64,000 nt of DNA from Azolla caroliniana (taxonomy: Eukaryota > Plantae > Polypodiophyta), in contig JBHGNT010000011.1 of NCBI GenBank assembly GCA_043228905.1, positions 3,224,001 to 3,288,000 on the forward strand, written 5' to 3'. The number at the start of each line of letters is the position of its first letter. Position 1 is the stretch's first letter. Position numbers and translations under genes: made by a program. This document shows, piece by piece, positions 51,126 through 64,000 of the stretch. The notes under the pieces were generated by a model. The model did no database searches and was not told the DNA's origin. It saw only the letters and a program-made list of their open reading frames with translations.

Positions 51126-54100
51126 CTTGCAAGCTCTCCCAAAATATCGTAGCTTGTTTGTAATTGAAGAACTGTGCACAATGCACGAGTTCAAACATTA
51201 CTGCAACTCCTCCATACTTCTTTTGAAAGATTGATTTTCAATGTAGACTTTGGTTCACCATCCCATAAGGGACATAATGATTTCGATTGTGCATACATTT
51301 ACATTTTGATATTATAGAATAATTATGGCCACATTTCCCATGCTTTTTCCATTGTGTCACCTCCGTGTTTGACTTGACATCCCAGATGTTCACGTTATGA
51401 CCAACAATGTTTTCTTTGAGTTTCCCATTAGCAATTTACTGTGCGTCATGATTTTCACGTGTAAACATTCACATTGTGGTCATGTTTTTCCTTATTATGA
51501 CATTCATTTGAAGATATTAAATAATGTTACGCAATAAACATTTCTAATGTTTGAAAGGTAAGTCATAGATTCTAACATTTGACAAAAGATATAAAAAATT
51601 GTAGTTAAATCAATGCACATCTAGAACCATATATTGCACACCAGGTTTCAAATGTCATTCTTTGAGTCTTGTACAATGAGAGCAATTTGTGCATCATGAT
51701 TTTCAATTGTGTGTCTATGAAAATTACAGATCAAGGAAACCATTAATATGATATTCAATTGTGTATATGTTGACATCGTAGATTGATGAAACCTTTTTCT
51801 TTACCTTACCATGACACCCATGAAATATTTCCTTAGATGTACTGTTGATTGATACGAGGTGCACGAGATAGGACTGATTTAATCTATGAGAAATAAATCT
51901 TAAATTCTTTTGACGAAAAATCTCCACCACCAACAATAATTTTTTGCAAATTTTTTCAATATTTTTAATTGAACTAAAGATGAGCAAAATATCAAGGGAT
52001 TAAGGAAAAGAAGGGACTAAGGGTGCTTAATCACACTCGTCACACCCAACTCCCGAGTGAAGGACATGAGACAAACATAACGTACCATTGATATTGTGCA
52101 CCACAATATCCTATAAAGCTGAATATTACCTTATGTTTTATAGATTGGTAGTCAATTAACATATCCAAATAAGAGAGCTTGGGCTCACCAATTGAATCAT
52201 GAAAATGTCTCAAGATGTCATAATGTAGGGTTTCGCTATTCCCTTTTACATAGCCCAAAAACTAAGGTTCCCAAATCACCACATGTTCCTACATTTCGTA
52301 GCTTCTTATGGGTTTGTCCTAAGTCCTAGGATTTCACGATTGAAATTAGCTTTAGATTGCTCCTTAAGGTGCCTATAACAATCACGGATCTATTTTTATG
52401 ATGCATATATTATCGAGAATGTTTATGTGTCCTTGAAGTTCTTTGATCTTTGGTTAACATCCCATGCTATGTTGTCTACTAATGAAGAAATTTACTTGCA
52501 TATGTTGGATCCTTGTGCAATGAAACAATGGTCACTTGTTGCCTATCATGTCACATAACTAGATCAAGCCGAGGTTAGATAAGGTTAGTAATATGCATAA
52601 AAGCAATGATTCTCTTTATAAAATATTTCTAGAAAGAATAAGAAGCATAGAAGAAGAGAAAAGATGATGGGAGAGAGAAAATATTCAAGGCTTATTCTAT
52701 GTGGAATATTCTAGGGTATTATAGTTATTCGTCAATTGGTGGATTTTTGCTTCCAATTTTTTTTTTCTTAAAAGAGTTTCTGAAAATATATCAATGATCT
52801 TACACTAATGCTGATTTGTATTTCCATGTACACTATAGGTCTAGTGATGATACACTCTCATACTTCATAGGACACATTGACAAGAATCAGTTGATCATTT
52901 TCAAGAAGGGCATAATTGAAAGATTTGTATTAATGAAAGTTAAAAGGGCCCTTTTCTAGTGCAATAACCTATCCATAGGCAATGGGAGAAACCTTACAAT
53001 ACCCTCCTTAATTTGAGTTATAACAAATTAAACAATTTTTTGCCTTTATCGATTGCGTCCTAGTCCATGGAAGGATTTATGCAATGCAACATCCAAAAAT
53101 TCGTATCATTCTTCTTTGGTTGTATCATGTACCAAGAACATTTACTAGATTAGGAAAACTATTACCCAATTGCCTGCACTCAACTGACCACCACCATCTC
53201 GCATTCCAATTGTCAAATCACCTTGAGAATTTCCTTGTATGAAGTTTCATGAAAAAAGATACTTAAAGTTTTTTGAGAATATTTGACTATTGATTCTTGA
53301 TTCGTTAAGGTTTTCAAAGATCGGCCACTTTTTGTAAACAAGCATGAGTATTGTAACATCGACAAAAAATAATTTGAATGCTACAGAAAATTGATATTCG
53401 TAAGGTAAGTCCAATCTATCATTCTTTTACAATGAGGGCATACGTATTTGTAATCATTGATGTTTAGGGCGTATTTGAGATTCATTATCTTCTACCTTGC
53501 ACCTTTGGCATATTTTTGTTGGGAGAGAAACTTCCCGCTTACAAATAAAATCCAATTGCATGGCCCCCATCACATGGAGGTCCACATCTCCATGACAGTG
53601 TTCTCTTCATAGTAGGTAATGAACTTATCAATTGACTTGTATCAACCCCTAAAATCTACTCCAAGACTATGTTTGCTTTCCCTAAACATATGCAATTCTT
53701 AATGGCAAAAGGGAAAACACCCTTATGATGAAGTAGATGAATTCAATTAATGAAAACCAAACTAAGACTATTAAGATTGTTGGAAAAGCTTGTAGAAAAA
53801 TAAAAAATTTACAAATTGTGATTTCACTATATGAGTTACAATGAAAACAATTTGATTTGAAAGGGCTATAAAATAGTCTACTTGATACACGGAAGGTCGT
53901 AGTTTAAAGAGCAATAAAATATTATGCTTGATAGTAGATACACATAAGAGTTGTGGTTTAAAGGGCTTTTCTATTTTTGATAAAGCACAAAGTGGTTGCA
54001 CTTTAGAAGTTAATCAATCCAACAATATAGCGACATTGAAAACACATAGATATCTCTCGCTTAAGGTCATATCCTTGGGACTCAAGTTTCCACAATATGA

Positions 54101-55759
54101 AGAGGAAGACAAAGACGGAAGGAAAAAGAATGAGGTGTGAAAACGACATGGCTAGTTCAAAAACCACATCTCAAATTTCCTCAATTTTAATAACTATATA
54201 AAATATCATGTTGCTATAGGAACCTCCTTTTGATTGATTTAATTTTCCTTTCCTGATTTCTTAAGGGTCTCGAGAGCATCTAAGACTTTCTACTAGTGCT
54301 TAAGAGCAATAAACTGAAACATTTTGGGAACTCTTTAAAACTTCATAATGTCTTAGTTGTAATTCAAAATAATCAAACATGAGAATCCTGATCCTAAAGA
54401 TTTGTGACACAACAATTGGCGAGAAGTGTTAGTGTATATTTGCCTTTACAAGTCCATAGGAAGTCATACTAAAAGGCAACTTTTAAAATGTGGACATCAT
54501 GGTGTCATGATAAAGCTTCATATGCATTATAACCTTATGGTTGTTATCTCATGTCTAAAGCAATGGGTCTAATGTTACCTACATTATAAGACACAATCAT
54601 TTTCTATTTGAGGTCATATATATTTAAAATGCACTAACACATGTCTCCTACATGTAACCTTATAGACAATGTCACCTTGTAGCCGATATGGCTTTTCTTA
54701 GCTAATAGAAATATATTCTTTTTATTTGGAAAAATGATGGCTTTGAGGAAACTATAGCATCAAAAGAAACCTCTAGAATTCAAAAGCAGACAAAAGGTGG
54801 TTGGAAGATGATTAGATGGGAGAGTTACTAATCCAACACCAAAGGGCTTAAGATTTTCTAACTAGGTCTAAAATAGTCTCAAGATGAAGAAAGGTCAATG
54901 ATGCAAAGATGGCCTCTAAAGAAAGAAGTTCTTACAAGCATCAACACTAGAAATGTAGCAAACATACCTTATGACCAAAATCGTTAATGCTTAGGGTTCA
55001 TAAAGTACAGAAAAAAGTTCACAACACCATTAAAGAAGGGTGCATGCCTAGTGTTGGGAAGGTTGGATTGTTAACAACCAAGGCAACAAAATATTTCATT
55101 CTCAATCAACATCATTTTCGCATTGGCTCTCCAAATGTGGCTCATTCTTCTCAAAGTATATATTCCTTTGTTTACAACCCACCGAGAAAGCCCTTACCCT
55201 CCATGTGTCTTATTACCTATCACCTAGCCTCAAGTTGTGATTCAAGTTTATGTATATATTGTTCTCTTTGTATCTCACATTGACACTACTTATTGTGTTG
55301 GTGTTAATATTATGAGATTCAACATGTTGATTGATGAGATGTTCCTCTATTATGGATAAAAAAAACTTGTGGAGCCAAGGTGTGCCACTAGCTTCTGTAG
55401 TTGCGGTGCAAAAGTTGAAACCTAAGTGCATTCCTTAAGACCCAAACGTAGCCAAAATAAAGTAATCAGAAACAAAAAAAACTTCAAAACATTTCCCTTT
55501 TTGTTCAATAACAAAATCGTTTGTCCTAGTTTCACGTGAATCATTTGTTTCAATAACTATCAATAAACCTTCAAAATAAAAGTCGCAAAATTAAGCTCAT
55601 TTGATTTATTTATAAAAAGATACTTCCCATTAGTTAGGTAGAGTGTCTTTACACTCCAATATGTACAACAGAAATGTAATAATAGACATTCAACCACATT
55701 ACTCTAGTATGCGTTTATCATCCTGCAATATGTAAAATTTTAGCTTAGCTCTCCTAATT

Positions 55760-56296
55760 GTATAGCTTTGCCCAAATGCAATAGAATCAATCCGACATGC
55801 TTTGTAGGACTGCTCAGAGACCCATCAAATATGGCGGGGGGTTAGCCACCTATTGCAATTATGCCAAGTGCAAGGCACAATCAAGTGGGGAAATGTATGT
55901 TGGTTATCATGGCAGGCCCCAATTGATAAGTACAAGCATCAGGAGGGGATGGCTTTGGTCATAAAAGCACAAGAGGTTCTTTTTTCCACCATCGGCGATA
56001 TCCACTCAACTCCTATTAATGTCAAATCTCAAGTTATGTTGGAATTGATCAGCCCAATAACTCTTTGGATTCTATGGAAACAACGGTGTAGACGGGTCTT
56101 CTCCAACCAAATCACGCATCCAATAATGTTAATGCAAGAGATATGGATTGAATATGATGGCCTTAAGGGTGGCTTTGATGGAATTGAAAGCAAACAACTA
56201 GCCTTTATCCAACAATGGTCATCCTCTTCCTTTCTTGAGTTCGTGGACATCCACATAAGATGGAACTATCGTGTTCCTATAGGGATTTGTAAATAA
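55760..56296 (+). mobile_element. L1-like LINE 3' fragment (zf-RVT region)
   Basis: CPNAIESIRHAL.DC...IW, ITLWILWKQRCRRVFS, WNYRVP. Confidence 0.7.
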
Positions 56297-56379
56297 TAAT
56301 CTCATCTGTAAAATTATTTAACTAATGGAATGAGTTTTTTTTGGAAAAAAGAAGAAGTATGTAAAGTTTTAGAAAATAC

Positions 56380-58260
56380 CATGTACCTTCCTGCTTGGGT
56401 TGCCAAGGTGGAAATAACCATTTTGGCGTGGTGTAACTCCACTTTGGCATGCCATCTACATAATCCACCAAGGGCGAATCTGACCATGATTGTTGAAAGG
56501 AAATTCTCGTAGCTTCCACTATGTCTGAAGTTCCTTCCAACTCTTCATATTTGTAATCAGATCATACCATAGAGTAGTGATTGCCTCCTTTGGTCGAATT
56601 TCTTCTAATGCGAGACCTACTTTGCATCTAGATTTCCAAGTGTTCCATAGCATGATAGAGCCTATGGTGGGCTAGGTGTCACTTACCCTATTTGAACACC
56701 AAATTTGCAATTCCCTGACTCGTTGTACAATACATTTATTTCTTTGCGCACAAAATGCCTTCAACCTACCTAAGTCTCTTGATATCCAAGCTTTCTTCTC
56801 CAATCTCCACCATAATTAACAATCAACAACCGTTTAGTTCGAATGTGTCAAAACTGAACCGTTTAAAAATTTTGAAACTTGAATTGAGCCATACCAAACC
56901 ACAAAACCGTTTAAAACCACGATTTCATGGTTCGGTTTCGGTTCTCAACTTAGGCCAAAATTCAAATTTAAAATTTAAAATTTTATGTTTTCAAAAATTT
57001 AAAGATTTTGAAACTTAAGAGTATCAAAACCGAACCGTTTAAAATTTTTGAAACTTGAACCAAGCCAAACCAAACCACAAAACCGTTTGAACCGAAACCA
57101 TTAAAAAAAATCCAAACCGTTAAACCATAAAAACTGTGATTTCGTGGTTCAGTTTCTGTTTTCAACTTGGGTCAAATTTCAATTTTAAATTTTAAATTTT
57201 TTTCAATATTTTAAATTTTAAATTTTCAAAAATTTAAAGATTTTCCTAAAATGTGAGAATTAGGCTTTAAAATGAAAAGATTGTTTTTAAAAAGAGAAAT
57301 TTAAAAAATAAATAAATTAAAAAACCTTTAAACTGTTTAAACCGCAATTTCTAACCGTTGAAATTGAACCGAACCGTTAAGTTGTGGTTTCACAATTCGG
57401 TTCGGTTCAAATCGAACCGTTGTCGATTGTTAAGCATAGTGCAAATCCCAAATATATGGAGCCTTCTAGTCTGCTCTTCATTAGTATTCTCATCACTTTC
57501 GACTAAACTTCTTGTGCATGAGAGCATTTCCATAAGCAATGCTCTTGCGATCTAGTCATGACGAGCACAACCTGCATTTCCCATCAATTCCCCTTTTCTA
57601 CAGTCACACGCCTACCGGAAGATATTTGTGTCTACATAACCATAAGAAAGCTTTTATTTTTTGGGCAATCTTCGTGGCCTATAATTGTTTCTAGTATTGT
57701 TTTACGAGATCATAATCCAATTCTTCCCTGGTCCATTTCCTAGAAAGGCCCTCTTGCTCCAAGTTCTTGTGTTGTAGAATATTGTGGCCAAGCTTAGACA
57801 AATAACCACAAAACTTAATATTACCTTTCGGAGTTTTCCATCTTAGTTGCACTGGATCCCACATCTAGTTCTTTAGGCATGTATCCTCCAAGATCTAGAT
57901 TTTAGAAGTTGCATTGTTGTTACATTTGTTTGGGTCTACTTCCCAATGTTTTTTGCATCAAATAAGCACTCTAATTGGCATCCATTCCTGAAATTCTACC
58001 ATTGTACTGAAGCTCTCAACATCTACTTTAACTCATTTAATATCCTGAATAACCCCTCTGGCATTGAAGCACCCAAGCCACGTTCTGCCACATGAGCTTC
58101 CCACGGTTACATCCACATAGAATTTTTTACCGCTAACATCTGTAATGTTGTGATTCCATAGAAGAAGATCACGACCCCACTCCATGGGCAACAATGGCTG
58201 TCCCCAATGTATTTCCTCCCTAAGCATCTTCCACACATCCATGATGGAGAGCATCAGACG
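56380..58260 (-). mobile_element. L1-like LINE 3' fragment interrupted by a MITE
   Basis: WKMLREEIHW..LLLWNHNI, TLWKSRC, SFQQSWSDSPLVDYVDGMPKWSYTTPKWLFPP; lies tail to tail with the previous fragment. Confidence 0.6.
56817..57432 (+). mobile_element. hAT-type MITE family B with an internal duplication, 616 bp
   Basis: TIRs TAACAATCAACAAC / GTTGTCGATTGTTA; degenerate TSD ACCATAAT/AGCATAGT (6/8). Confidence 0.85.
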
Positions 58261-58835
58261 TTCTTTAGGCGCTTAAACCTTTGGTTTAGTTTCTTGCAAG
58301 CTATTAGTGTTTTTTTTGTGTATACTGAATGTTCATATCAATTTAACAAACATTCAGGATCAATCTTTTGAAGTTAGAATGATAACAATATATGTTGATG
58401 GTTTGTCTACTTCCATACGAGTCACACAGTTCACGGAATGTCGAACATTTGTTTTAATATTAACTAAATACAACATTTGGTCATGAAATTAAAGATGTCA
58501 TAATCCTACTATCGTCTTTCCAATGTTAACTTATTCACATTGAAGACTGTTGCCCCGTGACTATAGGGATATTTCCAAGATAAGTTAAAAGTTATAATTT
58601 CAATACTTAAGAATTAGGCAAGCTGTACAAGCGTGTTCATGATTTCTGATGTTTCTCCATTGGTAATCTCCATCTACATTTAAGAATCTTTTTATGCTGC
58701 AAACAGACATCAGGATCATATCAACCTATTACACACATCAAAAAAAAAAAATTGGAATTAAACAAAACATCCATCAATGATGTCTCTATTATTAGAAGAA
58801 ATTGATGCAACAATTATAAAAATATTACCTACCTT

Positions 58836-62785
<3,950 letters not shown>

Positions 62786-63061
62786 CTATTTGAAAATCAA
62801 AACCAACAAGGAGTTGAAGAGTTCTATAAAAGGAAAATCACCATTGAAGAATGATTCAGTTCCATTCAGTGATAGGCATACAATGAGATCTCCAACAATC
62901 GCTCAATATTATGTGCTGATAAATGAATCTCCAGAAGAAAATCATAGGAGGCATTAAGTGCAGAAATGTTAGAGATCTATCCCTCTGCTCCTAGGATATG
63001 GGACAACAAGAAGCATAGCTCTCCATCAAATTTCTTCAACCACAATTTTACACAATGGTAT

Positions 63062-64000
63062 TGTAAACGATTACTTGTGGAAGCATTAGAAAACAGAGAA
63101 AGTAGAGAATACACAGAGTACACGGGAGAGACAGAGAGAGCAGAACGTAAAAGCTATATTCAAAACAATATAATCACTCTGTCACCTACAACTATGCTCA
63201 GTAGCACTATTTATACAAGTCCTCATGGGACTGACAAAAGTACCATGTACTTCAATGCTCACACGAGCTTTTGCCACTTACTACGAGACTATATTTGCCT
63301 AGTAGTCTAAACTAATACTAGGCTTCCGGTTACCGATTGGATCCGGCTAGCCGGCTCCCCAACTCACCGGCTCTGTTGCTTGCCGGCTCGGTTGCTCACG
63401 GCTTACCGATCTTCTCGCTTGCCAACTAAAGCCTATTCAGCCGATCCGGCTCTAGTTGAGCTTGCCGCTCAACACTCCCCCTCAAGCTCAACTTGAGGTT
63501 GGATCCTAGTGTCAGTCTCTGTGGCAGTCGGTTCTTCCAACCGACTTCTCTTGGCGTCGCTCCGCCTTGCTCGCGCTCCTCGTCCGGTCCGGTTCTGTTT
63601 GCCACGACCCCTCTTGTTCTGCGCGCCTCGACCTTCTCGGTCGGTATGTCTGCTCAGTAAGCCCCTCTCAGTTCCTTCGCTGCTATGACTCCGGCGCTTA
63701 TCGATCCGTCGGTTCCTTCGCGATGGCATCGACTTCCGCTGCATCCGTGTCTGCTTGGCCTTGAATTGATCCGGTTCTTCCGAATCTGTCTTTTGAACCG
63801 AATTGACTGTCTCCGATTCGTTCCAGCTCTTGTCCGAATCGGTTGCTCCCGATTTGTCTTCTGGTTCCAAGCCCTTCACCACATCGGACCATGTCCGGGT
63901 CTTGGCCTTCTTCCTTCGGTCAGCTCTGTCCTTCTTGACTCTGCCGCCTTCTGTTCTTCCCTCACTGGCGCAATCGGCAATCTCTTTGCCTTTGCCCGTT
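63062..64000 (-). mobile_element. 3' end of a second copia element of the same family, in an intron of the SCPL gene; 3' LTR at 63062-63474
   Basis: LTR TGTTGAGCGGCAAGCTC...CGTTTACA, PPT GAGGGGGAG, and an ORF ending PQVELEGEC* homologous to the end of the first element's ORF. Confidence 0.93.

Overview
Plant nuclear DNA, AT-rich, intron-containing and microsatellite-rich. The gene and transposon content suggests a non-seed plant, probably a fern (inference). Five host genes are supported: a PLS-E+ PPR protein (-), an At1g36990-like/GPBP1-vasculin-like gene (+), an At3g12350-type F-box gene (+), an ALKBH10-like AlkB gene with degenerate Fe/2OG ligands (-), and the 3' part of a clade II serine carboxypeptidase-like gene (-). 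The centre holds a nested insertion: a full-length Ty1/copia element (35887-41838, 5-bp TSD TCATT) inside an RTE/RTEX-like LINE. The 3' end of a related copia lies at the right edge. There are two hAT-type MITE families with 8-bp TSDs, L1 remnants and many local tandem duplications. Most unusual: (1) the copia Pol has an in-frame ~240-aa C-terminal extension between two identical PPTs, open in both copies despite a 59-codon length difference; (2) a covarying hairpin encloses the PPT that is used; (3) the LINE 3' UTR has a perfect 14-nt complement of its own ORF start, overlapping a 3' stem-loop; (4) the ALKBH gene looks like a pseudo-enzyme and has a poly-ATG uORF and a CArG-like cluster upstream. 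All exon coordinates and counts were read by hand; family names come from recalled motifs, not database searches.
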